Counted from the stretch's first letter, positions 1-10,190 are shown. The stretch is DNA of 64,000 nucleotides from Candidatus Undinarchaeota archaeon (GCA_964519305.1 CAZFHY010000001.1:410132-474131); one strand, 5' to 3'. The notes: a model not told the origin generated them from the letters alone. Program-made: numbers and translations.

Positions 1-1190
1 TGGTCTCGCACGTGCTGGAGGAACGTCCCGGCCTGCTCATTGCCCGGCTCCAGCTCGACCACTAGGGCGAACTCACGCTCCGCCTCATCGAGACGGTCGA
101 GCATCCAGTAGCAGCTGGCCAGCTTGAACGCGACGAGCGGATCCCGCGTATGATGCTCCTTCATCCGCTCGAGCACTGTCAGCGCCTCGGGGACCTTGTC
201 GAGGAGCATGTTCGATGACGCGACTGTCTCGGCGGCGGCATACCAGTCCCTGTCGTCGGGATCTAGCCCGAGCGCTGGTGTCGTGAACCTGATAGACTCC
301 TCGTAGCGCTGGGTGTGTCTGTACAGCTGACCGAGGAGCACCTTCGCACGGAGGTTGTCCGGGTCCAGCTTAACGGCCCGCAGGAGCGCCAGCTCAGCAC
401 GCTCGACGACCTCCTTGGCCTCTGGCGCCTCGTCAGCGCTGCGTATCTTCTCCGGATGGGCATGCACTAGGGCCCAGCCCAGGTTGTATTGGAGATCGGC
501 GTTCTCCGGCTCCGCCTCGCTCTTCTTCGTCCAATGGGCTACCTCGGCATCCCAGTCCTCGATGTCCTCGGCCCGCGGGTCCTCACGGGCTGCGGCCCGC
601 TCGGCCGCCAACCGCTCCTGCTCGATCTGCTCGCGCACCTGCCCAAGGAAGGTATGCCCCTCCTCGCTCTCGGGATCGCACTGCACCAGTGTGACGAACA
701 CACGCTCAGCGTCGTGGATGCGACCGATGTGCCAGTAGCAGCTGCCAAGCTTGAGCAGCACCATGGGATGCTCGGAGTAGTGCTTTTCCATCCTCTCCAG
801 CACCATGATGGCCCCATCTATGTCGTTGAGCAGCATGAACGAGGACGCGACTGTCTCGGCGGCGTTGAACCAGTCCTGGGTGTCGGGGGATAGTGTCATG
901 CCACGACGGGCGAAGGTGATGGCCTCGCCATATCGCTTGACGTGCCGGTAGAGCTGACCGAGGAGGATAGTGGCCCTGTGGTGGTCAGGATCGAGCTCGA
1001 GCACTCGCTTGAGCGTATGCTCCGCCTCGTCCACCGCCCCGCGCGAAGCATCGTCGAGCTCGTAGTTCAGGAGCGCGCCCTCGTGGGCGTTGACCAGCGC
1101 CCAAGCGAGGTTGTAGACAATATGTGGATCGTCCGGGGCGGCCTGTGCGGCCTTGCGCCATGAAGCGATCTCAGTGTCCCAGTCGGTCAT
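1..1190 (-). CDS. TPR-repeat protein, partial (runs off the window start), built from two ~209-aa units
   Basis: Not in the ORF track because no stop lies in the window. Manual translation from ATG 1190 (GGGAGG RBS upstream) gives MTDWDTEIASWRKAAQAAPDDPHIVYNLAWALV...VLELDPDHHRATILLGQLYRH..., which is TPR-like. Confidence 0.8.
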   Translation of the reverse strand, partial: MTDWDTEIASWRKAAQAAPDDPHIVYNLAWALVNAHEGALLNYELDDASRGAVDEAEHTLKRVLELDPDHHRATILLGQLYRHVKRYGEAITFARRGMTLSPDTQDWFNAAETVASSFMLLNDIDGAIMVLERMEKHYSEHPMVLLKLGSCYWHIGRIHDAERVFVTLVQCDPESEEGHTFLGQVREQIEQERLAAERAAAREDPRAEDIEDWDAEVAHWTKKSEAEPENADLQYNLGWALVHAHPEKIRSADEAPEAKEVVERAELALLRAVKLDPDNLRAKVLLGQLYRHTQRYEESIRFTTPALGLDPDDRDWYAAAETVASSNMLLDKVPEALTVLERMKEHHTRDPLVAFKLASCYWMLDRLDEAEREFALVVELEPGNEQAGTFLQHVRD

Positions 1191-1258
1191 AGGGCCTCCC
1201 GTGGTCGAGAAGTCGGGCAAGCATTATATGCATATGGGGGGCGGGCGCGCCAACCCGC

Positions 1259-1468
1259 TCATCCCTCCAGTTCGCCCTCTTCGAACAGGAACAGCTCCTC
1301 CACGCCGATCTCGAGCGCCCGGGCGACCTTCATGGCCAGCACCAGTGACGGATTGTACTTCCCCTTCTCTAGGAACACGATCGTTTCACGTCGAACGCCC
1401 ACTTTCTTGGCAAGGTCCTCCTGAGTTAGGTCGTGTCGGGCGCGCAGCTCCTTGATCCGGGTCCTCAT
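1259..1468 (-). CDS. XRE/Cro-C1 family HTH transcriptional regulator
   Basis: [42 protein letters not shown] is a typical XRE sequence. ATGA overlap with the upstream gene. Confidence 0.92.
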   Translation of the reverse strand: MRTRIKELRARHDLTQEDLAKKVGVRRETIVFLEKGKYNPSLVLAMKVARALEIGVEELFLFEEGELEG

Positions 1469-1911
1469 TCGACCTCCCCCGTACGGTTGTGATACCAGTA
1501 CCAGAACGCGAATAGGGCCGCCAAACAGATGACTGCGATCCCCAGCGCCTGCGAGGCGTCCCTGAACGCGGCAGTACCGGTTGAGTCCAGCACATAATCG
1601 TCGTACCAGCTCATGGCGAGCATCAGGTAGATCCCCGAGTAGAACGTCCACGCTCCCGCCTTGTCCTTCACGCGCTGCGAGCGCTCGTCATCGAGAGGGA
1701 TGCCGTTCTGGACGTTCCCCCATTCACCTTTGAGGAACATCGCGCCGAGCGCGGCGATGGACAGAGCGATGATTCCAGGGATGAGGGCACCCTGGGAGTT
1801 CCCGTTCTTCACCATGGTGGCCGCGAAGATTATCCATGTCATCACGACGAGCGCCACTACGGTAGCTATCCCGTAGAACCTCATCCGGTCCTTTCCATTT
1901 TCCTTCGTCAT
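1465..1911 (-). CDS. Membrane protein, DUF2178-like
   Basis: 4 hydrophobic segments, a DER motif ([12 protein letters not shown]) and ATGA coupling to the XRE gene. Confidence 0.7.
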   Translation of the reverse strand: MTKENGKDRMRFYGIATVVALVVMTWIIFAATMVKNGNSQGALIPGIIALSIAALGAMFLKGEWGNVQNGIPLDDERSQRVKDKAGAWTFYSGIYLMLAMSWYDDYVLDSTGTAAFRDASQALGIAVICLAALFAFWYWYHNRTGEVE

Positions 1912-2273
1912 TCGTCAGACCCCCTTGTAGACACTTCATCTGTTCCGTCCTCTCCACCCGCCTTGTCATAGTAGAACAAGGAGATAAGACACACAAGCAG
2001 CGAGCCCCCGAGCAGCACCACGAACGCTGGAGCGAACAGTGCCTCGCTACCTGTCAGGTAGATGTACATAAGGGCAGCCACTCCAGCAAGGACCGTGAAC
2101 ATGAAGGAGTTGGTGGTAGCCCTGCCAAGGTTCTGGTCCAGCCGCTCGTCACTCACGTTATAGAGAGCGAAGTAGGGGATGAACGCAAGGAACCACAGGA
2201 AAGCGGTCTTTCCTTCGACGAAGTACAGCACGCTCACCAGCGAAAGGAATCCCAGATACCAGAGCTTGTTCAT
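1908..2273 (-). CDS. Small membrane protein (DUF3796/DUF2178-like)
   Basis: MNKLWYLGFLSL..., a DER motif and ATGA overlaps on both sides. Confidence 0.65.
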   Translation of the reverse strand: MNKLWYLGFLSLVSVLYFVEGKTAFLWFLAFIPYFALYNVSDERLDQNLGRATTNSFMFTVLAGVAALMYIYLTGSEALFAPAFVVLLGGSLLVCLISLFYYDKAGGEDGTDEVSTRGSDE

Positions 2274-2719
2274 TCCTCACACCCCCCTGTGAGCCGGTCA
2301 TATTCCGATTCCAGCTCGCCCATCTCGTTCTGATCGTTCACCTGATGATAGATCACGACACACTCGGCGACCAGGAGCATGACGTACGCCGTCGACGCAA
2401 GGGCCTCCAGCGCGGTCAGCTGCATCCTGCCCATCACGTCCAGCCCCATGAGCACCCCCACCAAAAGTAGCGTGGCGACCCACGAGTAGGACAAGGCCAA
2501 GAATCCTATCCTCTCGGTCCGCTCATCCCTCTTCATCTCCCCGTACCTCATGTGCTTGACCACTCCGGCCGCGGCCAGCATCACGAGGACGATCAGCGCC
2601 CGAACGATCCAGGGGTTAAATCCCTGGGTCACCAGCGCAATGGCCAAGAACAGGACCGGGACCGCAACGAGCCCCCTGTAGAAGAGCTCCCATGGTATCG
2701 AGATCACCCTTTCCATCAT
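2270..2719 (-). CDS. Membrane protein, DUF2178-like
   Basis: 4 TM segments, KRDERTERI motif and GGAGG RBS. Confidence 0.68.
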   Translation of the reverse strand: MMERVISIPWELFYRGLVAVPVLFLAIALVTQGFNPWIVRALIVLVMLAAAGVVKHMRYGEMKRDERTERIGFLALSYSWVATLLLVGVLMGLDVMGRMQLTALEALASTAYVMLLVAECVVIYHQVNDQNEMGELESEYDRLTGGCEE

Positions 2720-2750
2720 AAGCTACCTCCGTTAATTATCTCGCACATTT

Positions 2751-2789
2751 TGTTGGCTTTTTCAAACATTATGTTAGAAGTATATAACA
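2751..2789. promoter_or_regulatory. Tandem palindromic operators TGTT-N10-AACA (x2, 21 bp apart), next to a minus-strand TATA at ~2798-2805
   Basis: tgttggctttttcaaaca (2751-2768) and tgttagaagtatataaca (2772-2789), upstream of the XRE-containing operon. Confidence 0.6.
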
Positions 2790-2875
2790 TTCCTGCTATT
2801 TATAGTTATCGATGGGGTGGAGAAGGACAAATCCGCTCTGAGTGGAGGAAAAAGATTGGAAGAGAGACTTGTTGC

Positions 2876-3205
2876 TTACTCGGCGATGCCGTCGAGCACC
2901 TGCTTAATGCGGGCGCGATATTCCTTGAAGGCCGTGCGACCCTGTGCCGTGAGCTTCGCCATGGTATGCGGCTTGCGGTCCACGAACTCCTTGACTATCT
3001 CGATGTACCCTGCCTTCTCCAGCTTGGTCATGTGGCTGGAGAGGTTCCCCCAGGTGAGCCCGGTCTGGCGCATAAGGAACACGTAGTCGGCGCTCTCCAC
3101 CACGTAGAGAAGGGAGAGGATGAGCAGCCTGGCCGGGGCGTGGATGACCCGGTCGATGTCCATGATAGGGGCCGTCACGCCCTTGTCGGGCTCACTCTGC
3201 GGCAT
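2876..3205 (-). CDS. Winged-helix transcriptional regulator (ArsR/MarR-like, HTH_34 type)
   Basis: IDRVIHAPARLLILSLL...GLTWGNLSSHMTKLEKAGYIEIVKEF. Confidence 0.88.
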   Translation of the reverse strand: MPQSEPDKGVTAPIMDIDRVIHAPARLLILSLLYVVESADYVFLMRQTGLTWGNLSSHMTKLEKAGYIEIVKEFVDRKPHTMAKLTAQGRTAFKEYRARIKQVLDGIAE

Positions 3206-3839
3206 CGACGGCCTCCTCTCCCGGCAGGGCGTCGGTCAGCACAGGATTGTCGCGCACGAAGCGCGCAAGGACGTACTGGCCAATCGCGAGCATCACCGCT
3301 CCGGTCACCATGAATGCGATCGGATCGTTGTTCAGGAGCACGTGGGTGAAGCTCCCGGCCCAGAGCAGGGCATAGAGATAGAGGCGTGCAAGGTCGTGGG
3401 CACGGGCCAAGAGACTGAACGCCACCAGGAGGAGCGCGCCCGGGACATACCGGAGCCAGTGTGCACCAAGCCAAGGCTCAAGCTGCTGCAGGCGCCCGGC
3501 GCCCATGGCCAGGAGCACCCCGAACAGCAGTATCCCCACCGTGACCACGATGGCGAACACCCCCTCGGAACGCTCGATCCGCTCGGAGCGTTCAGGGGCA
3601 TCCTTCACCACCCCGATGCGCGGCTCAGTTATGGTACGCTTGGCCACAGGGAGCCCGAACACAATCCCCATCATCAGGAATATGAGCAGGGGCTCTAGCT
3701 GGGTGGACGCACTCGTGTAAGGCAGGAAACCCCCCGCCACCAAGAGAACGAGGCCGGAGCCGATCTCCAGCAGTCCGTCGGCGAACAATCCTCGATGGAC
3801 GTCCCGCTCCAATGCTGGAAGGTCGATGTCCTCGGCCAT
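3192..3839 (-). CDS. Multi-pass membrane protein, paralogue of 3843-4496
   Basis: Hydrophobic. Shares DGL.(E/D)I..G and K..IT.PR.G.V motifs with its neighbour. Confidence 0.7.
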   Translation of the reverse strand: MAEDIDLPALERDVHRGLFADGLLEIGSGLVLLVAGGFLPYTSASTQLEPLLIFLMMGIVFGLPVAKRTITEPRIGVVKDAPERSERIERSEGVFAIVVTVGILLFGVLLAMGAGRLQQLEPWLGAHWLRYVPGALLLVAFSLLARAHDLARLYLYALLWAGSFTHVLLNNDPIAFMVTGAVMLAIGQYVLARFVRDNPVLTDALPGEEAVDAAE

Positions 3840-3842
3840 GGC

Positions 3843-4496
3843 TCACGCCTCCTCGACGGCGTTCATCTCCGGCAGCGGATTATCCTCAAGGAAGGTGTTG
3901 AGCATCGTCCAGCCGTTGGCCAGAATGAAGGCACCCGGGATCAACATGGCCAGGGGAGGAGGGGGGCGGGTGAGCTGCCCCACGACAAGGACCGCCGTGA
4001 GCATGAGCGAATAGCCAAGGAGTCGCTGGATCTGGAGCACGGCCCCTGTTATGCAAAGAAGGAATACCACGGGGACCAGGAGCGGGGCCGCGGCAAAGAC
4101 GTTGGCCCGGATCCAGGTCTTCGAGGCCGGGTCCGTCACAATGATGAAGACCAGATAGATCGAGAGGATGCCATAGGTGAGCCCCAGGATGCCGAGCGAG
4201 CTCTTGAGCATCTCCATCTTGGCCTTCCGCTCGGGGGAGAACCGCACCTCGCCCATGCGCGGGACGGTGATGGCCTTGCGCAGGCCCACCCACATGGTCA
4301 AGAGCGAGAAACCGGCGACGCCCACGATCCAGGCGAAGTCCCCGGCCATCCCCCATCCCGCTATGATGAACCACACTCCGAGCATGATGTCGGCAAGACC
4401 ATCGTCGTGATAGCGAGTGAAGACCGAGCGCTCGAGGCGTGTAAGGTCTAGCTTGGCAATCCTCTTCTCGACATCGGTTTCCGCATCGGCTACCAT
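3843..4496 (-). CDS. Multi-pass membrane protein, paralogue of 3192-3839
   Basis: DDGLADIMLG and RKAITVPRMGEVRF motifs. Confidence 0.7.
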   Translation of the reverse strand: MVADAETDVEKRIAKLDLTRLERSVFTRYHDDGLADIMLGVWFIIAGWGMAGDFAWIVGVAGFSLLTMWVGLRKAITVPRMGEVRFSPERKAKMEMLKSSLGILGLTYGILSIYLVFIIVTDPASKTWIRANVFAAAPLLVPVVFLLCITGAVLQIQRLLGYSLMLTAVLVVGQLTRPPPPLAMLIPGAFILANGWTMLNTFLEDNPLPEMNAVEEA

Positions 4497-4569
4497 CTCA
4501 CATCACTCCTGGGCGATCACCCGTCTCGCTCGCGCCCATGATGTACTCTATTGCGTTCCTGCAATTTAT

Positions 4570-4586
4570 ACTTTGCGTTACAAAGT
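4570..4586. promoter_or_regulatory. Perfect palindrome ACTTTG-N5-CAAAGT abutting a minus-strand TATA box
   Basis: actttgcgttacaaagt, upstream of the operon ending in the winged-helix regulator. Confidence 0.6.
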
Positions 4587-4599
4587 TCTTTGCCTTTTT

Positions 4600-4668
4600 T
4601 GTTGTAATTCGATTAACAACAAACTATAAAAAGCTGCACTGACTAATGTTGTTAGATATTTTACAACA
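4600..4668. promoter_or_regulatory. Two TGTTGT-N10-ACAACA palindromes flanking the TATA box (4625-4632) of the TrmB/ABC operon
   Basis: 4600-4621 and 4647-4668 share the same arms and spacing. Confidence 0.65.
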
Positions 4669-4681
4669 AGTGGTGCTCATT

Positions 4682-5491
4682 ATGACCGACCTTGCCGAAC
4701 GCCTCACGGACCTTGGCCTATCCCGCAACGAGGCAGATCTCTACCTAGCCCTCCTCAAGAGCGGCGAGGGTACTGCGTCGGAGGTTGCCAAGGACGCAGG
4801 TATCGCCCGTCCCGCAGTGTACGCTCTGCTGGACTCCCTTGTCGACATAGGCCTGGTGGAGGTGTTCCCGGTACGACCGCAGCGGTACCGGGCAAAGGGG
4901 CCTAGGGCCGCGCTCGCCGCACTGGTGGAGGGACGCAAGGGCAGGCTCGAGGAGGCACGGGAGTCGGTGTGCGATGAGCTCGAACAGCTCTATTCGGCCC
5001 CTGTCGCCACCCGGACACAGGTGTGGATCAACCGCGATCTCATGACGTGCGCAGGCAAGTACGCCGAGGTCCTCGGCAAGGCGAAGGAGGAGGTCATCAC
5101 CCTCGTGGGCTGGTGCTCCCGGAATGAGGTGTCCATCATCCTAGGAGCCCTCCGGGACGCGGCCGAGCGCGGGGTGGCCGTCCACGCCTACGTCATCGAT
5201 AACACCATCTACGACGACCAGGTGCCTACGGACGAGGTGTGTGAGCTTGCCAGGGACATCCCAGGGGTGCGTGTGCTCTCACCACCGTTCTCCCTCCCAT
5301 TCTCCCCGCCGATGAAGGTCCTCACCGTGGACGAGACCGACGCGGTGATAGTCGCCGGGGAGTTCGAGGGATCTGCGCTGGAGGATGTTGTCTCCATCCA
5401 CTACCAGCACCTGGGCACCCTAAACCGTGTGATCAGGAGCGTGCACACCAACATCCACAAGCTCCCCTTCGCAAAGATCTGGGGGCTGTGA
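4682..5491 (+). CDS. TrmB family transcriptional regulator
   Basis: LGLSRNEADLYLALLKSGEGTASEVAKDAGIARPAVYALLDSLVDIGLV wHTH followed by a PLD-like effector domain. Start moved to ATG 4682 because the ORF-track start lies inside the promoter. Confidence 0.88.
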   Translation: MTDLAERLTDLGLSRNEADLYLALLKSGEGTASEVAKDAGIARPAVYALLDSLVDIGLVEVFPVRPQRYRAKGPRAALAALVEGRKGRLEEARESVCDELEQLYSAPVATRTQVWINRDLMTCAGKYAEVLGKAKEEVITLVGWCSRNEVSIILGALRDAAERGVAVHAYVIDNTIYDDQVPTDEVCELARDIPGVRVLSPPFSLPFSPPMKVLTVDETDAVIVAGEFEGSALEDVVSIHYQHLGTLNRVIRSVHTNIHKLPFAKIWGL

Positions 5492-5495
5492 GGCC

Positions 5496-6431
5496 ATGGA
5501 CGCCATGATCGAGACCAAGGGGCTCCGCAAGGAGTTCGGCGAACTTGTCGCTGTCAACGACGTCTCGATCACAGTGAAGAAGGGAGAGGTGTTCGGATTC
5601 CTTGGCCCCAACGGCGCCGGAAAGTCGACGACCATCAACATGCTCATCACCATGCTCCCGATCACCGCGGGCTCGGGATCCGTGGCGGGGTGGGACGTGG
5701 CGAAGGACCCTGCTAAGGTCCGCGCCTCCATCGGCGTCATCATGCAGTCCAACTCCCTGGAGCCCGAGCTCACCACCCAGGAGAACCTTGAGTACTATGG
5801 CAGGCTCAACCACATGGACCCTACCGAGATGCCGGATGCCGTGCGCGAGGTGCTTGCCGTCGTCGGATTGGCCAAGAAAGCGGACGAGCTCGTCAAGAAC
5901 CTCTCCGGCGGGATGAAACGAAGGCTCGAGATCGCCCGCTCGTTCCTCCACCGGCCTGGCCTCATCTTCATGGACGAGCCCACCACGGGCCTGGACCCGC
6001 AGACCAAGCAGGCGATCTGGCGTTACATCCGCCATCTCAATCGCGACCAGGGGCTCACCATCTTTCTGACCACACATTACATGGAGGAGGCCGACGCCCT
6101 GTGCGACCGACTGGCCATCATCGACCACGGCCGCATCATCGCCGAGGGGACGCCCGTCGAGCTCAAGGACATGATCGGAGAGGGCGACATCATCGACGTT
6201 GCGGTGGACAGCGGCGAGGAAGAGCGCTTCGCTGTCATAGCCAAGGAGCTCGGGATGACAACGCGCTCCCACGAGGGCCGGCTGCGGCTTTACACCGACC
6301 GGGGCGAGGAGCGCATCCCGGATCTCATGGCGGCGTGTGCCGGGAAGGTCCACATACGCTCGATAGCTCTCCACGAGCCGACTCTCGAGGATGTGTTCAT
6401 CCATTTCACCGGGAGGTCCATGCGGGAATGA
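5496..6431 (+). CDS. ABC exporter ATP-binding subunit (DrrA-like)
   Basis: Walker A GPNGAGKST, LSGGM signature, Walker B FMDEPT and H-loop TTHY. Confidence 0.95.
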   Translation: MDAMIETKGLRKEFGELVAVNDVSITVKKGEVFGFLGPNGAGKSTTINMLITMLPITAGSGSVAGWDVAKDPAKVRASIGVIMQSNSLEPELTTQENLEYYGRLNHMDPTEMPDAVREVLAVVGLAKKADELVKNLSGGMKRRLEIARSFLHRPGLIFMDEPTTGLDPQTKQAIWRYIRHLNRDQGLTIFLTTHYMEEADALCDRLAIIDHGRIIAEGTPVELKDMIGEGDIIDVAVDSGEEERFAVIAKELGMTTRSHEGRLRLYTDRGEERIPDLMAACAGKVHIRSIALHEPTLEDVFIHFTGRSMRE

Positions 6432-7495
6432 GCATCGCCGACGACCTCGGGGACGTGTACACAATCTGGCATAAGGAGATGTTGGTCTGGCTCAGGAACC
6501 CGATCATCGGTATCGCCCGCTCGGCTATCTTCGGGATCATCTTTCTGCTGGTGTTCGCCCGGGCCATCGGTGGCGACGTGTCGAACCTGCCCGTCGCAGT
6601 TGTACGTCTGGGAGCGAGCCCCGCCGGTGACGCGTTCATCGCCGACGTCTTCGAGGGACCTGCTCTCCATATGGCCACGGACACGTCCTATGCCGAAGCG
6701 CTGGCCTTATTCCGGGCCCAGAAGGTCAAGGCCGTCGTGGTCGTTACCGCTGATTTCCCGCGGGGAGTACGGCTGCTGGTGGACGGGACCTCGCCGACGG
6801 TACGCAGCGCCATCGCCGGACGGATCAAGCAGGCCCTCCTTGCCCGCAACGACGCTGGGCTGCAGGAAGAGGTGCTCTACGGCTACGGCCTCGACTACGT
6901 GGACTTCCTCGTCCCGACCGCCATCATGATGGTCGTAGCGTTCACCGGCATCTTCGCCGGAGGGATAGGTCTCCTGCAGGACAGGGAAAAGGGAAGCCTC
7001 GCCGCCACACTGCTAGCTCCCGTACGGATGGAGTCAATCCTCGTGGGCAAGCTCCTGTCGGGCGTCACCCAGGCGGTCACCGGAGGGACCATCGCACTAC
7101 TGGTCGCCATCTTCATCGGGACGGGGCTCAGGACGGGTCCTGCCGAGATCCTCATGCTCATGGTCGTCATGACCCTGCTCGGGTTCGCCATCATCGGTGC
7201 CTCCATCGCAATCGCCTCCTCCGTATCGGAGCTGCAGGTGTTCCTGCTGGTGTTCCAGCTCTTCCTAATGCCGCTGTGGATTCTGTCCGGCGGCATCTAC
7301 CCGGTGGAGTCACAGCCCGCGTATCTGAGCTGGATAGTGCCTTTCAATCCCCTCCACTACGCCATCGATGCCATGCGCGCTGTGATGGCCCGCGGCGTCA
7401 TCTTCGAGTCCATCGCGGTGGACATCGCCTATCTCACGTTCTTCTCCTCGCTCATGGTGGCCTTCGCCACCCGAAGGTTCAAGCGACAGGTATGA
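6428..7495 (+). CDS. ABC-2 type permease
   Basis: ATGA-coupled to the ATPase. DREKGSL...LLAP and LSGGIYPVE...NPLHYAIDAMR motifs. Confidence 0.9.
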   Translation: MSIADDLGDVYTIWHKEMLVWLRNPIIGIARSAIFGIIFLLVFARAIGGDVSNLPVAVVRLGASPAGDAFIADVFEGPALHMATDTSYAEALALFRAQKVKAVVVVTADFPRGVRLLVDGTSPTVRSAIAGRIKQALLARNDAGLQEEVLYGYGLDYVDFLVPTAIMMVVAFTGIFAGGIGLLQDREKGSLAATLLAPVRMESILVGKLLSGVTQAVTGGTIALLVAIFIGTGLRTGPAEILMLMVVMTLLGFAIIGASIAIASSVSELQVFLLVFQLFLMPLWILSGGIYPVESQPAYLSWIVPFNPLHYAIDAMRAVMARGVIFESIAVDIAYLTFFSSLMVAFATRRFKRQV

Positions 7496-7496
7496 G

Positions 7497-9545
7497 GTGA
7501 GCATGATGTACGAGAGCTATACACAAGGACAAAGTGGACGACGGGGGGCGCAAGCCCTCATCCTTGCCGCCCTTCTGGTGGCGTCCCTTGCCAGCGGCCA
7601 GGCCCAAGGAACACAAACCGTGTGGGCACAGTTCGATGACCTGCGGTTCTCTCCCGCGCAGGTCCGCCCGGGCGAGCCGTTCACCCTCTCCTTCGAGGTG
7701 CGTAACATCCTCGATGTGGAGATGGAGGACATGCACCTAGAGCTCTCGCTAGCCGGACCCTTCGAGGACCTGGACGCCAGCTACGTCTACATCGGCGACA
7801 TGAGGCCTAACGCCACCGCGCCCGTCTCGTTCCACCTCCAGGTGGACGAGGACACACCAGCCGGTGTGTACCCGCTCACGGTCATCGTTTCCATGGAGGC
7901 CACGGCCCAGGCGGTCCAGGGTACGCGGTTCCTAGAGATGAAGACTACCGGCTACTCCTTTACTAAGCTCGTCAACGTCCGTGTCCACGGCGAGCCCCAT
8001 GTAGTGGGTGCCGTGGCGGCCGGCGACATTCGTGACATCCACCCGGGCGACCGGTTCACAGCCACACTCCGCCTTGTGAACAACGGGACAGACATCGCCG
8101 AGGACCTGCGGATCACGGCCGTACCGACGGACAAGCTCACAGCCGAATGGGGATTCGCTGACCAGTTCGTGGGCGATCTGCCACCAGGAGCTGCTGCCGC
8201 TATCACCCTTGTCGGTACCGTCGAGGAGGGTGCGGGGACCGGGGAGCACGCCCTTCCGCTCACCCTATTGTGGATAGGTGACGGCGGCGCGTACACTGGT
8301 TCGTTGGAGGTTATGGTCGACGTCCGTCCCGCAATGCCCGCTCTCGATGTCGCCACCGTGGCATCGGAGCCGGCCATCGTCGTCCCTGGCGATCCCTTCG
8401 CACTCACTGTCAGGATGGTGAACGCAGCCACAGATCCCGGGGATGCTGCCGAGGAGGTCACCGTGTCCCTGAGCTCCACCGGATCGCTGCTCATCGGTGC
8501 CGCGGGCCGCACACAGGTGCTGGGTACGCTCCCCGGCGGGGCCGCCGCACCGGTCGTTTTCGTTGGCGAAGCGCTCCTGAGCGCCGTCCCGGGGGATCAC
8601 GAGATTCCCATTACCATCACCTGGACACAGGACGGCAGGTCCGAGCAACTGGCGTCGACAGTGCTCCTGAGCGTGGCAACGTCCTCGCCCTCGCTCGCCG
8701 TCTCTTCGGTGATCTCCCAGCCGACATCGCTACGTCCCGGTGAGCCGTTCTCGGTCACACTCCGCGTCGTCAATACTGGCGCGGCCCCTCACCACAAAGG
8801 CCAGGACGTGGTAGCGTCCGTCGCCTCGACGGCCGTGTTCAGCTTCCACGCCGCCGGTCGTGAGCAGATGCTCGGCACCATCCCGCCGGGCGGCTTTGCC
8901 ACGGCCACCATCGCTGGCGAGGTGGACGATAACGCGACGGCAGGGGATCATACCGTACCCATCAAGCTCGTCCACAGGTCAGGAACGGTCGAGGGCGTTA
9001 TAACCCTCACGGTCGCGGAAGCCGCCGACTTCGCCATCAGGGGAAGGAATCCCCCGCTCCTGCGGGACGAGACCCGCCAGCCTGTCAGCTTCGTGGTCCG
9101 GAACACCGGCACCACTACCGCCGAACAGGTGAGCCTCACCCTCATGGCGTCCTATCCGATCACCCCGGCGGGGCGTACGGCCTACATCCCACTGCTCCCA
9201 CCCGGCGAGAGGGAAGAGGTAGTGTTCCATGTGGACGTGGACGCAGAAGCCACGCCCCAGGGTTACCCGTTGGAGGTCGTTATCGCGTGGCAGGAGGGCA
9301 GCGAGCGCATGCGACGCCAGCAGACGGACATGGTGGCCCTCGAGGTGTCCCAATCCAAGCCCCGCTTCAGGTGGGAGATACCGCTCGCGATTGTGCTGGT
9401 CGTCCTGCTCATCGTTCGGATGCAGATGCGCAAGGGACATGGCAAGGCACGTAAGGGTCCGTCCGCCACTGAGGAAGGTCCCGCTCCGGAGGATGAGAGC
9501 GACAAATCTGAGAGGAAGAAGAAAGGGAAGAAGGGGCGCAAGTAG
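7497..9545 (+). CDS. Secreted, C-terminally anchored COG1361/CARDB-like repeat surface protein
   Basis: Signal peptide, five repeats of PG(E/D).F.(L/V)...(V/R)N type, C-terminal TM and a Lys-rich tail. Exact start uncertain. Confidence 0.75.
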   Translation: MSMMYESYTQGQSGRRGAQALILAALLVASLASGQAQGTQTVWAQFDDLRFSPAQVRPGEPFTLSFEVRNILDVEMEDMHLELSLAGPFEDLDASYVYIGDMRPNATAPVSFHLQVDEDTPAGVYPLTVIVSMEATAQAVQGTRFLEMKTTGYSFTKLVNVRVHGEPHVVGAVAAGDIRDIHPGDRFTATLRLVNNGTDIAEDLRITAVPTDKLTAEWGFADQFVGDLPPGAAAAITLVGTVEEGAGTGEHALPLTLLWIGDGGAYTGSLEVMVDVRPAMPALDVATVASEPAIVVPGDPFALTVRMVNAATDPGDAAEEVTVSLSSTGSLLIGAAGRTQVLGTLPGGAAAPVVFVGEALLSAVPGDHEIPITITWTQDGRSEQLASTVLLSVATSSPSLAVSSVISQPTSLRPGEPFSVTLRVVNTGAAPHHKGQDVVASVASTAVFSFHAAGREQMLGTIPPGGFATATIAGEVDDNATAGDHTVPIKLVHRSGTVEGVITLTVAEAADFAIRGRNPPLLRDETRQPVSFVVRNTGTTTAEQVSLTLMASYPITPAGRTAYIPLLPPGEREEVVFHVDVDAEATPQGYPLEVVIAWQEGSERMRRQQTDMVALEVSQSKPRFRWEIPLAIVLVVLLIVRMQMRKGHGKARKGPSATEEGPAPEDESDKSERKKKGKKGRK

Positions 9546-9572
9546 CGCCCCTCTCCGCGTTGCGTCTAGCGC

Positions 9573-10091
9573 CTATTCCTCGTGGCCGAACATCACCTTG
9601 ACGGCGGTGGCTTCGCGGTTGTACTCGTCGGTGTAGGTGGAGCTCACGGTGCTGGTGAGAACGCTGTCCTCGACATCGTGGGCCGCCTTCAAGCCTGCCC
9701 TGTAGCCTTTGAAGCTCTGGATCGGGTGCTTCCAGTCTGCCAGTGGCGACATGGTCTCCGGAACGCCTAGGTCAGCCTCGGCGACCCTGCTCACAAGCTC
9801 CTCAAGACCTTCCTTGGATCCTACGTAGGTGACCTTCGTACCGGACTCCTCACCCATGGTCATGAGCGCGCGGGAGTAGCTGTTCAGGCTCTTCTCGTAG
9901 GGCTCGACGGTCACGTCCATCTGGTATCCGTCTGCGGCCATGGCGTCCATGACGTCCGTGATGGGCGATCCGAACTCATCGGCCCGCTGCGGATAGGCTG
10001 TGACCACGTGGGTAGGGAAGTCGATGCATGAGTAGGTCCTGATGTCCCTGTCAATAGCATAGTTCAGTTCAGCTCGGACGAGTTCTTCCAT
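9573..10091 (-). CDS. Hypothetical protein
   Basis: Coding-like codon usage. A TATA (tatataa) at ~10128-10136 supports a start near 10091. Confidence 0.6.
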   Translation of the reverse strand: MEELVRAELNYAIDRDIRTYSCIDFPTHVVTAYPQRADEFGSPITDVMDAMAADGYQMDVTVEPYEKSLNSYSRALMTMGEESGTKVTYVGSKEGLEELVSRVAEADLGVPETMSPLADWKHPIQSFKGYRAGLKAAHDVEDSVLTSTVSSTYTDEYNREATAVKVMFGHEE

Positions 10092-10190
10092 GAGCAAACA
10101 CCTGAGGCCCCCGGCTCCCGTAAGGCCCTTATATAGCTTGTGTTTGGGTGTAAGTATGGGAAAAAAGGTCACGAACTACCGACATCGGTC

